From the NCBI GenBank assembly GCA_010093815.1, contig ML996592.1: a stretch of DNA of 64,000 nucleotides; one strand, given 5' to 3'. The first letter of the stretch is position 1. Every line of letters starts with the position of its first letter. Both the position numbers and the translations under genes were made by a program. Of this stretch, positions 25,331-36,811 are shown one piece after another. The notes beneath the pieces were generated by a model, which did not search any database, was not told the DNA's origin, and saw only the letters and a list, made by a program, of their open reading frames with translations. The stretch is from Pseudovirgaria hyperparasitica. Lineage: Eukaryota.

Positions 25331-28300
25331 ATTATCCCTTCTCTCTAGGAAGCTACCCTTAGCGACCTAGATTATTATCTATCTCTATATCTCTATTCTA
25401 AGTCTCGTAAGACCTTAGTCGTTCTCTATACTTTATCTTAGATATTTACTAATATTTACTAATCTAAGATTTATATAAGCGTTTTTCTAATAAACTAGAG
25501 TTTATCTATTCTAGATTCTTATATAGGTAAGATTACCTAATTAGGCCTAGCGTATCACGTAATATAATTAGGTAAGCCTAGGTACTACCTATATTAAAAT
25601 CTTTTCTTAGAAATATTCCTTTCTTTAAAAAACTTCTTAACTCTTTATAGAGTTTTTTAGATTATTAGATATATTACCTAATCCTTATAGATATAGATTT
25701 ATATAGATTTACTATAATTTAGTACGATTTATATAATTTACTAATTTTCGTACTATATTTAGCTAGTAATAGTAATAATTTATAATAATCTATATAAATT
25801 AGTAATAATTATAATATGGTTTCCTAAAATCTTAACGCTCTAAAGTAATTGGTATAGAAATAGATACCTTTAAATAATCCCTATCTTATATATATTACTA
25901 ATATATCGAAAGCTATTAATCTACCCTAACCTAGACCAGGCTCTAATAATCTAGCTATATATTATTATAGTTATCGCTTTCTATTATATATTACTTACGG
26001 TAGTACTAAATCTATAATATATAGTACTTATATAACTAAGAAGCGTTATTACTTATAGATAATTAAATAAGTTCGAAGAACTTTATATAGATTTACTTAT
26101 ATTAGTATAGATTACTACTAGGCCTCTAGTAACCTCTACTAATAAGAAGTATAGTACTACTAATCATAACGCCTTAGAGAAGGCTTTCTACGAGCTATAT
26201 ATCTAAGATAAGGGTTATGCCTAGGAGTACGATTCTAATAAGATCCGTAAGGATTTATTAGAATCTACTATAGCTATTATTACCGCGATTACTAGGTAAT
26301 ATCGTTTTTCTTAAATCGTTATAGATTCTTACTAATATATATTAATCTCTATAATAGTACTAAAATCTCTACTACTTTGGACTTCTTTCTATATACTAGT
26401 AATATTAAAATTCCTAGAAAAGGTTCTAGTAAAAAGGCTAAGTTTCCCTTCTTACGTATACTAAAGAGCTATAAATTTAGAGAAGATAGCTCTAATCTAG
26501 AAGTTTCTATACTAAAGGTATATAGTTCTATACTAATCGTTAAATCTTTTCGCTGATTTATATAATTACTAGCGTGCCCACGCCGTTCCGTCCCTCTCTA
26601 TCCCGGGTTCTACCGCTCTATAGGTTTCTATAGAGGAGTTTATAGCTATAAGGCACGCTATATAGAATTTATAGCGTCGGAATAAAAGGCTAGAGACTTA
26701 TATTATAAAGCTCTATACTATACTAAATAAGAACTAGTAGAAGGAATTAGATATAACTATCGCGGTAATTAGTACTTCTACTCCTACTCCGACTTAATTA
26801 GTTTAAATCTATACTAATTAGTACTAATATATTTCTTTTATCTAGCGTTTTTAGTTTTTGGTTTTAATTTTAAAGTAATCTTACTTCTTCTAGATAGATT
26901 AGTACGAATTTATATAGATCTATATAGATCTTTATATTTTCTTTTAGCTTTCTTAATTTTATCTTTCTTTAATAATAACTTCTTTAATCTCTTTAGTAAT
27001 CTATACTAATCTATACTAATTAGTACCGATTTTCGATGTCCATTTCTCTTAGTAAATTATTTTTCTAAGTCTCTTTTTTAGTTAAATTTTTTTAAAGTTC
27101 TAAGTTTGAACTTTCTAAGGGAGTTCTAAGTTTAAACTTTCTAAGAAAGTTCCTTAATTCCTTAGAGTGTTTTTAAAGATCTATGTCTCTTTAACCTTCT
27201 TTCTTTTAGGCGGCCGTTCTTAGCGCTAAACTATACTAAAAAACGTTAAATTACCGTACTTTAGTATAATTCTCTACGATTCCGCAGCTTTCTTTACTAA
27301 TTACTACTTATATACTAATATTACTACTTTACTAATATTTATTATAGGTTCCTAAGTATCTTTATTAGAATTATATTCTTTCTAATAAATTTTATATAGC
27401 TACGTGCTATCTTTAGCGCGTTACTAGCTAAGTATCTACTTAACTTTATAGATATCTATACCTTCTTATATAACTACTTTATATAGTATCTATTTAGAAT
27501 AATCCGGTAATAATAAGGCATGAAATAGCTTAAGAAGCGTAATATAGAATATATTATATATCTTTAATATAGGAGGGAGTTATAACTTATACGCCTAGTT
27601 ATTAATTATACGAGTAATTTTATATAGATCTATTATTATATAGTTAAGCTTCTTCTTTAGTCTAATACTACGAATATTCTTACTATTTAGTAAAACTTTA
27701 TCCCTAATATTAAAGATCATGGGTTTTCTACCCTTATTATAGTGCGATTTACTATAATCTATAGTATCTTATAGTAACTTTATAACGCTTCTTTATGTTT
27801 AGAATAGTTCTATAGTAATTTCTATTACTTTAATATTAGGTCGTTCTACTTTAAACTAAGTCCCTAAGAACCATATATTATAGTTCTAACCGAAGTTTAC
27901 TTCGAACGAACTTACGTAGATTAACGTATATTAGCTATTATTATACGTGAATTCCGCGATATAGACTAACCTTATCTAGTTATTCTACTTATAGTTATAA
28001 TATACGCGTAAATACGCCTTAACTATCTAATTCTACCGCTCCGTTTATCTATCTATTTATAGATAGAATATAGTACTAAGTTTCTACTTAATTCCTAGCG
28101 TATAGTAGAAATCCTTCTAAAATTTAGATATTATCTACGGACCTCTATCTAAAACTATACTATTTAGTATACCGTGGAGCCGAACTACGTTATAGAGTAG
28201 TATATCTATAAGATCCGGTACTTGGATTATCTTCCTTATAGGGATATAGTATAATATCTTTATAAATCTATCTAGAACTACGAGTAAACTATTATAAATA

Positions 28301-31300
28301 TATCTAGAATACTTACTTAGGGGTAGATCTATAATAAAATCCATTAATAATTCCTTCTATACCTCCTTTAGTATAGATAATAGCCTTAATTTACTATATA
28401 GTAAGTATCTATATACTTTTGTATACTAGTAAACGTTATACATTTTTATATAGTCCTTTATATATTTATAAAGACCCGGCTAGTCGTATATTCTTTAGAT
28501 TAAATTAACTATTCTTATAATACCGAAGTATCCTACTTACGTGTAATTATACTATTCCCTTAAAATATTAATTTATAAGCCGTCTTCTAGTACGTAGAGT
28601 CGGCCTTAGAAGTAGATCGCGTCTAATTATTATTTCTACCTTAATAACTACGGCGGATCTATAGCGCTTCCTTTTATACTTATAACTTTCTTTACTAATA
28701 TATTAGAATTCTAGGTAGATTTAATTAAGTCTTTAAGGGTTTTCTTATTTCCTTAGATATTTATTTAGATTACTTAATACCCGCTCTAATTCCCGCGGAG
28801 AATCGCTAAAAGTGTCCTAGCTTCTAGTATTCTATTAGATAACTAGTCTTATAGTATCTAAAGTATAGTATAGTCTAAATTATACTAACTATCTACGTTA
28901 TTCTATAACGATTTCTTATAATCTTTATACCGCGATAGAGGATTAGCTTTATTCTCTCTTCTAGCTTTATATAAGATTTTAAAGTTAAATATTAATATCT
29001 ACTTAGCCTAATATACTTATTAGCGATTAAGGACCTTAGTTAATATAAAGTAATATAGATTTACGTAATCCGATAATAATTTAATCTAATATATAGAGCC
29101 TTCTAAATAATATCGCTATTACTTAAAACTCTTAATAATTATAAGTAGTTTCTAGTTATGCGTATTATAACGCGTCTCTATATCTACTATTTTATAGAAA
29201 AAGAAGGCGACCAGGTACTATTATACCTTATCTTTTATATCTTTATATAGTTAACTAATAATTCTAGTAATTATAAATTCTAACGCGTTAGTTTTAATCT
29301 AAATATACTTCTTAGAATTAAAATACCTAAGAATTAGCGTAGTTATAAAGTAATTCTTTAATAATTAGAACGTATCTCGTGCTTCCGGCGTTAACTATAT
29401 CTTAACTAACTTAGCTTTACGCTATACTCGCCTACCTATAGAGATTTTACCGCCATTCTCTATAAGTTTATTAAGCGGCGCTATAATTTATAAGAAGTCT
29501 ATAATAAATTTATAATAATAATTTATAAAACCTATAAACGTTCTAATTTAACGTATAGTAGTAGATTCTAGCTATTCTATAATAGTCTTTATATACTCCG
29601 GCTCTATTTTTAGGCCGCTATATATTATAATAAAGCTAAGAAACCTAACTTCTTATTAGTAAAACTTATATTTAGATAATTTTACGTAGAGTTTATACTA
29701 CCTTAGATGATTTAGTACTAATTCCACGTATTCTTTATAATTCTACCTACTATTAGAGTAAATTAGTATATTATTAAGATAAACTATATAAATCACGTTA
29801 AGTAATTCTATAAGTATAGTATTAATATATTCTTAAAACGCTCTTAGTGTATTTATCAGCCTAAATAGTATAATAGTATACTTAAAATAACTATATCTAG
29901 TCCGAAATGCGGTTTTCTACTTATCTCCGCGATAAATTTAAAGCTAGTAATATATATCTTATAAATCTAGCTTCGTAAAGTACTTTACCTTTATTAATTA
30001 GTCTAAAGATTTATTAACTAGCGGTAATAGATAATGATTCTTCTTAGTTACTATATTTAGTATCTAATAGTTAATGCATAGATATAAACTTCTATCTTTC
30101 TTCTTTACGAAGAGAATAGATACGCTAGCTAATAATATACTATAATATATCTAGCCTCTTCTAAGGTATTCTTTAATATATTTATAAAGAACTTTAAGTT
30201 CTAGTCTCGAAAGTAGATAAAGTAGACTATAAGGGACGTCTACTCTCTCTTCGAGCTTAATCTTTAGCTTATATAGTCTATAGTTAGGGAGAAGTAATGT
30301 ATCTCCTACTAAAAATATATCTATATACTATAAATATACGTTAGGTAGCGTGTCTTCGCCCTAATTATTACTATTATCCTCGTCTTTATTAATAATTAAT
30401 AAGAATATAAGATAGATTAGTAATAATTAGGTCCGTATAGCGAGATTCTATACCTTCTTACTAATAGTTATAACTTACTAGTATAATTTACTATGGTATT
30501 ATCGGAATATTAATATCTCCTTCTAGAAATTAAGGATAGAGTTTAGGCGTCTAAGCTAAGGTATACCTAGAATTATATTCTATTAGCTAATATTAGCTAT
30601 AATAAATTTATTAGATATCTACTATTTTATTATCTTTAAGTTATAAACTTTATAATTTATTATAGCTTTATCTAAAGTTCTAACTTTATATCTATTAACT
30701 ATAATAGTTTAGCTAACTTTACTAAGATTATATAATAATCTATACTCCTTTACGAGAATTAATAAAATATAGTTATCTTCTATACTAGTATCTATAAGGG
30801 CCTATATAGTTTTATTACTATTTACTATAGATAATAATACTTTTAGTAATATAAGGTCTTTACTCGCCGGAAGGCGCTATAGCTCCTCCTAAGTATATAT
30901 AATTTAGCTAAGAATATGGTTAGATCTTATATACTAGCCTATTCTTTTTTTAGATTCTTATAGTTAGATAAAATATATTCTATTTCTCTATACTTATAGT
31001 AATAAAGTACGCTATGATTCTACTATTTTATAATAGATATTATATTTAAGTCTATGCCTTATCCTTTTCTATGTTAAGAAGTACCGCCTTAATTATTTTA
31101 GTATCCTCTTAATATGTTTCTACTCCGATTTATACTCTTCTAGCGCTAATTATAGTAAGGTTACTCTTAATCAAATATATTTAATCGACCTTATTTCTAA
31201 TCTATATAGAGTTTATTAGTTTTACCTAGAGAGCCGCGTTCCTTAAGGATATAGTAGTATTTATTAGCTTTCTTCTCTAATTCGTATAGATAGTTAAAAC

Positions 31301-32286
31301 TTAATAATACTATTTCTAGTCTTTCGTGGATTAATGGAAGTAGTACTTCGCGAAACTAGAATATATAAATATTTTTCTATAGCGTAGGGATATTATTCTA
31401 TAGGTTTTAGAGGTATTATAGTAGTTAAGTAGGTGTCTAGTTCGGTTATTATACTATACTTCTTAACTTAGATAGTACCTTTCTTTTATATTCTCTATCC
31501 ATTCCGAGGGTATTTAGTATAAATATAGCTAAATATTTCTAGGTTATCGTAGATAGTAGCTATACTTCCTTCTATCTATTCTATTAATCACGGGATTATA
31601 AGTCTAGGTATCGTTCTCCAAACAAAATATATTATACTTTAGTAGAAAAGAGTAGAGGGTTATTAAGGAAGTACTTTTCGTAGTCTCTCTTCTAGTCTTT
31701 CTACTCCTTTTAGTTCTTCTCTATAAATATAGTTAGGTCTTTAGATTTTAGTATACCTAGGGAAGGAGTAGAGTAAATCAGTAATAAAGCGGCTAGGTAT
31801 ACGGTAGATTATCGTAACTCTAATGGTAGGTAAACTAATTCCGCCTAAATTAGTATAGGAAGTCGTCTATCTACTATTATTTAGCGTAGTTCTTTAAGAG
31901 ACTTCTTAAGTTCTTATCTCTTTATAAGGAGTTTTATATATTCTATCTATTCTTTAAGAGTTTAAATCTCTTAAGTCTAATTCGCGATATATTTCTAAAG
32001 TTTAGTAATGGTTTATTATAATACCTTACGTGGCTCCGCCATGACTTATTATCTAGCTTTATATTATTAGAAGTTACTTAGTATATCTACTATTTCTTTA
32101 TCTAAAAGCTCCGTAATTTAGTCTAATATCTCTACTTCTTAGTTAGAAACGGCTAGGATTAATACTAATTATAGAGAATCTCTATTATTTAATATAGTAT
32201 TACTTATCTCTATAGTAGATCGTGTTAACCTTCTTAGTTCTAGTTAGACTATCTTAACTATAGTACTATATAGAGAGTAATTTAAA

Positions 32287-32514
32287 TATAAGAATAGGGT
32301 TATTAGATAGTAGTATAGTTAGATAGAATAATATAGTATATTCTATCCTAGAACGAATTACTACCGAACCCTTTCGGTAGAAATCTAAGAGTATATATAT
32401 AAAGGGACGCCAATCTATCTAGCACGTAACTATTTATCGCCCTTCCCGCCACCTTCTAACCCTGTTAGCTAAGGTATATATAGATTAGGTTATGTCTAAG
32501 GCTAAGTCCTAACA
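32287..32514 (-). repeat. 5' LTR of Gypsy-2
   Basis: Direct repeat of 25103-25330; ends ...CCTAACA followed by TSD TTCTC. Confidence 0.95.
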
Positions 32515-32884
32515 TTCTCTATACTAAGCTAAGAATTATTAAAATCTAAAGAAGAATTTAGAACCTTCTTAGTATACTAAATACTTAGAATAAGAATTCT
32601 AATTAGAGAACCTTAGTAGAACTATATAGATTCTTTAAATCTAATCTCTAGAGATTATTTTATAGTAATTAATTTAAACTTATACTAATATATTTACTAC
32701 TTTACTTATCTACTAGCTAGTTACTATTTATACTCTATTAATACTTATTATAAATCTACTTATACTCTTCTAAGTCTTCTAAGTACTCTTATCTTTAGAA
32801 AAGCTAGAATACTCTATATAATAGACTACTTTAGAGATAAGCTATACTCTTATTAGAAAGGTTTATTATAATATATATATATAT

Positions 32885-33108
32885 ATATATATACTATTTA
32901 AGAGTAAAATAATAATAATAAAGACTATAAACTAATAGATATACTCTATTACTATATACTTAAGAAGAAATAAAGATTTAATAAGATATAATTATTAGAA
33001 TAAGAGAGGTTTTCTCTCTTAGATTTCTTTTTATATAGTATCTTAGACTAGAGAAGATATAGATCTATAGAATACTACTCTATCTAGTTATATAATAATT
33101 ATTATTAT
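32885..33108 (+). mobile_element. Heavily RIPed 3'-terminal fragment of LINE-A (3' UTR plus TTA tail)
   Basis: Colinear with ~22730-22956, e.g. CTTAGACTAGAG...TACTACTCTATCTAGTTATATAAT followed by TTATTATTA. Confidence 0.7.
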
Positions 33109-33694
33109 AGATACTATAAGATAGTAGACTCTATATACTAACTATCTATATTAAAAGAATTAAATCTTAAAGTAACTACTTTAATAGTAGAGTATACTAC
33201 TTATAAAGAGCTAGATACTAGATATAGAATAGTAGACTATATACTTAACTTATATATCTAATAGATACTTAGATTTATTTCTTAATTATATAGTTTATAC
33301 GTAGAGTAGCTAATAAGTAGATAGTCTAGCTTAGCTTAAACTATTTTAAGGTACTATTTATACTACCCGTAACATAGCTAATACTCTCTAACAAGGTATA
33401 TATATTATATATTGACGAGAAGGCTATAGAAGACGTACGTACGTACACTGTCTAGATCGTTTATTATCATTGAATTCTCTAGAGCTTACTACACGAAATC
33501 AGATCACATTCAAAGTCATGAAGCTGTCATCCAGCCATGCTAACAGCCGTATACCATTATTAAGACTTTTTAAGTCAGCGCATATCTTCCGAAAAGACAT
33601 TACCGACCATGCAATGCAATCGTGAGCCTCATTATAGATCCACAAGGACGAAACATTTCATCTAAGCGTAGCCTCGGTTCATTGGCAAGAACGT

Positions 33695-35486
33695 CTAAAC
33701 CGTATAGCGAAAGAAGGTCGCATTGTCCCCCTTGTGCATCTCCACCGTCTTCTCATCCACAGTGTAATCTGCAGGGGCTTTCGTGTTCTCGCGATCTCGT
33801 CGTGAATTCTCATAGCGCAGATATGCGGTCATACCGATACACAGGATGGTGCTAATGGATAGCGTTCCGATAAGTATGGCATGGCCGGTACGGAATTGAG
33901 GCGAATCTTTTGGTAGGTAGATGTAAGCGGCCACGACACCACCGAGATTGCCGAATCCGACGTGCATGGCAATGCCAACGGCACGCTTGAATGAGCCGCC
34001 GATGTTGTTGCCGTTCCATGCTACACCTTGCGGGACGTTGGGGTAGATGCCAGAGGCGGCAAGGAAGGTGCCGGCGTATTTGACATGCGGTTTGGCGGAG
34101 CCACATAGCAGAGAAAAGCCAACGATACTGGGTCAGCGTGAGTATGGCTCGGCGACGCGAGTGTGGGGAGTGTGACTTACGCAAGGAGGTTGAACCCGAT
34201 CATATAGATACCGCGTTGCTTGTGCTTGTCGGCAAGGTATCCGCCCGAGATGCAGAATACACACGCAACGACATATGGCGGGACTGTCATTAGCTGTGCC
34301 ATGTTGTCGGTGTAATTTAGTGTTTTGACAATGGTCGGCAGAAAGAGTGAGAAGGAGTAAAGCGGTGTGTAAATGCCGATGGTGATGAACATGTGCACCC
34401 AGATCTTCCAATCCTTAAGAGCGTCCCAGAAGTAAGTAGCCTGCGGGCGGTCGTCCAGAGCACTACGGTCCTCCTTGAGACGACGCTGTACCTCATTTTT
34501 CTCGCCTTGGGACAGAAAGTTTGCCGTATCAGGATAATCGTTCATGGCCCAGAACGCTATCAGAGCTGTGCCCGCATGGTAAGCACGGCTGTACACCCAT
34601 GATGAATGAAGCTTAGAAACTTACCGATCACGAACGTAAGAAGACCTTCGAAGATGAAAATCCATGACCAAGCACTTCGACCAGCAACGCCGTTCATCTC
34701 GCCGATACCGCGGGCAAGCAGACCGCCAAATGCGCCAGCAGCGGTTGCAGCAGAAAAAAAAATAGCCATCCTGAATCCGCATTCGTGGCGCTTGTACCAC
34801 ATGGTGATACTGCCAACCGTCAGTCTCACGTCGCACACAACCACGGTGTTAGCCAGGTTGTACGGGAGGACTCACTAGTATGTCACGCCTGGGAACAAAC
34901 CGCCTTCCGCAATACCCAGAAAGACGCGAGCCGCCATCAATCCTTGGTAATTGTGGACAACTCCCATGAGAGTACAGACAACACCCCAAGCAATCATGAT
35001 AGTAGGGATCCAGATTGAGGGACGAGACTTCTTCATCATGATGTTGCTCGGAATTTCTGCAGCCACATAAAATGGGAAGAAGATAGCGAGAGCATTCTTC
35101 GAATAATCAGTGAGAGAATGGAGAGAGGTAGGAGAATCTGTAGCATACATTGTACTTAAGGCTCTTTGGGTCCATATTGAGATCGGTCTCAAGGTGCTGG
35201 AGACGGGCATTGCCAATATTTGTACGGTCGAGGAAACTCAGTCTATAGGTTGTTAGTGAGGAGAAGAATGTATGAGAATGTATAGCAGAACACACAGGTA
35301 GAGCAAAGCCAGAAAGGGGATCAGGGCAAAGTCAATTTTCCTGAGTAAGCGTTCGGTACTTTTAGTGTCGTAACCCAGAGACTCGTTGTCAGAGTTGGTA
35401 GAGTCCACATTGTGGATAGGGTGCTTCTCGCCTGCAGGAGCAGCGCCATCGGACGAGTTCAACGAAGAGGTGGTTTCGATGGCCAT
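33695..35486 (-). CDS. MFS transporter, anion:cation symporter / allantoate permease family (TNA1/DAL5-like), 6 exons
   Basis: Spliced frames give MAIETTSS...LLRKIDFALIPFLALLYLLSFLDRTNIGNARL...AEIPSN...ARVFLGIAEGGLFPGV..WY...R.AIFFSAATAAGAFGGLLA...WSWIFIFEGLLT...AQLMTVPPY...KRAVGIAMHVGFGNLGG...FRYTV*. GT-AG introns at 35243-35295, 35097-35148, 34810-34875, 34566-34624 and 34128-34180 keep the frame. Confidence 0.93.
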
Positions 35487-35985
35487 GCTGGACACCCGGT
35501 CTGGGGCTGAGGTCTCTGGAGCTGGAGCAGAGTGAAGGTTAGCCAGGAGTGAATGGCCGTGGACGCTGACGGAACAAACGAAGTACAAGGTCCATAGCCT
35601 CCAGAGGAAACGGGGAGTTATATATATAGAGGTCAGGGGTAGGTTGCAAATGTGCAGGGTCTTGGCTGCTGGAATAAGGCGGTTATGTGATGGCGAGAAT
35701 TCAGCAAGTTGGGCGAGAGTAAGTGAGCGTGAGTGAGAGGGCGGCGAATGGAGGGTGTGAGAATGAAGCAAATAAAAGCAAATGGAAGCAAAGCAAAGCA
35801 TCAAGCACAACACAGCCAATGAGAGGCCGTTGCGCGTGTGCTAGCGCGATGCAGGCGCAGGCGCCCGCAGACGCAGACCAGGAGGGGGACTCAGGAAGTT
35901 CGGACGCTGCAGTGACCGTGCTCATATATGCGGCGGCCCATGACAGATAATATACTCGCCCCAATCCTGCCTGGGCTCTACGTAC

Positions 35986-36050
35986 ACCCCCCCCCCCTGG
36001 CTACCTTTCTCTACCCTTCTCTACCCTTCTCTACCTTTCTGTAAACTTCT
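35986..36050. repeat. Poly-C run followed by a 10-bp tandem repeat (CTACCYTTCT)
   Basis: Visible directly, upstream of the MFS gene. Confidence 0.8.
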
Positions 36051-36502
36051 CTATTACCTTTAAGAACCCCCAAGCGCATAGTTGGGCGGCAGCTTTGACA
36101 CCCATCTGTGCACATATCAGTATGACCGGCGTTTTATGTGTACCAGCTACCAACGTCTACGTCTCCACTACCCAGGAATTCACTTCCAAAGCATCGGCTA
36201 GATACGCGATGACCTTTATGTATATAATATTATCCTGATACTCGACATGACATCAGACGCCCTCGTCTGTATCTCGATGGCATTGATGCAACAAAGTCCT
36301 ACAACTGGACTGGGCCTTCTGGCTGATACTCCTCCAAGGTTAGTAGTCTGTGCATCATACATAGTAAACACTCTTGCAAAAATTGACATTCTCACGCAGC
36401 TAAAAGAACGCGGTGCCGTTCCCATGTCACAATACACCGCTGCCTACTACTCATCTCTGTGCAGCCATTGCGCTCTCTGCACTCAATACTAACTACTAAT
36501 GC

Positions 36503-36811
36503 TTACTCTTTCTCCTGCTCCTGTTGTTGGCCAGTGTCCCCAGAGCCACTATTACTACTCTGTCCATATTCGCTGCTCTCATCCAACGCCTGCCATGCCA
36601 TGCCGTGCAATTCGCGTGCGAATATCCATTCGTTGGCTAGTCTCGTGTTATAGCTTGCGGGTCCGTCGTCAACGGTATTGTCCCGCATGACATCGCTCAC
36701 TGATGGTGAAAAGATCTCTGCTGCTACGGCTGTTGGCACCAGTCCTCCCCGTCTATCCGCGTCCGGTTGCGGCAGCAAGTAATCTTCCAGTACTGCGGAT
36801 TGTTGAAGCAA
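36503..36811 (-). CDS. Possible exon of a hypothetical protein
   Basis: Acidic, protein-like ORF ending at a GTAAGC donor-like site; no recognisable domain. Confidence 0.25.
   Translation of the reverse strand: MLQQSAVLEDYLLPQPDADRRGGLVPTAVAAEIFSPSVSDVMRDNTVDDGPASYNTRLANEWIFARELHGMAWQALDESSEYGQSSNSGSGDTGQQQEQEKE

Larger units (their letters stand above)
25103..32514 (-). mobile_element. Complete RIPed chromoviral Ty3/Gypsy element (Gypsy-2)
   Basis: 228-bp LTRs at 25103-25330 and 32287-32514 with TG...CA ends, 5-bp TSD TTCTC, and a minus-strand polypurine tract at 25331-25346. gag ATG ~32042, RT VYLDDILIY ~29760-29785, integrase FHPQTDGQTER ~28035-28070, chromodomain ~27335-27465. Confidence 0.95.
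1..33400. other. AT-rich RIP-mutated repeat block (left)
   Basis: Very high TpA with near-absence of CpA/TpG. TE reading frames are full of TAA/TAG at Gln/Trp positions. Sharp switch to normal composition at about 33400-33450. Confidence 0.95.

Noticed and set aside
28135..28344. 69-aa ORF as an independent gene (likewise 62191-62406)
   Set aside because: Stop-free remnants of the Gypsy-2 integrase and the LINE-A3 RT.
33622..35295. Plus-strand and alternative-frame ORFs overlapping the MFS gene
   Set aside because: Shadow ORFs of a GC-balanced coding region.
35487..35819. N-terminal extension of the MFS ORF shown in the ORF track
   Set aside because: It starts at a non-ATG codon and spans a TATATATA box at ~35619-35628. 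The ATG at 35486 gives a normal family N-terminus.
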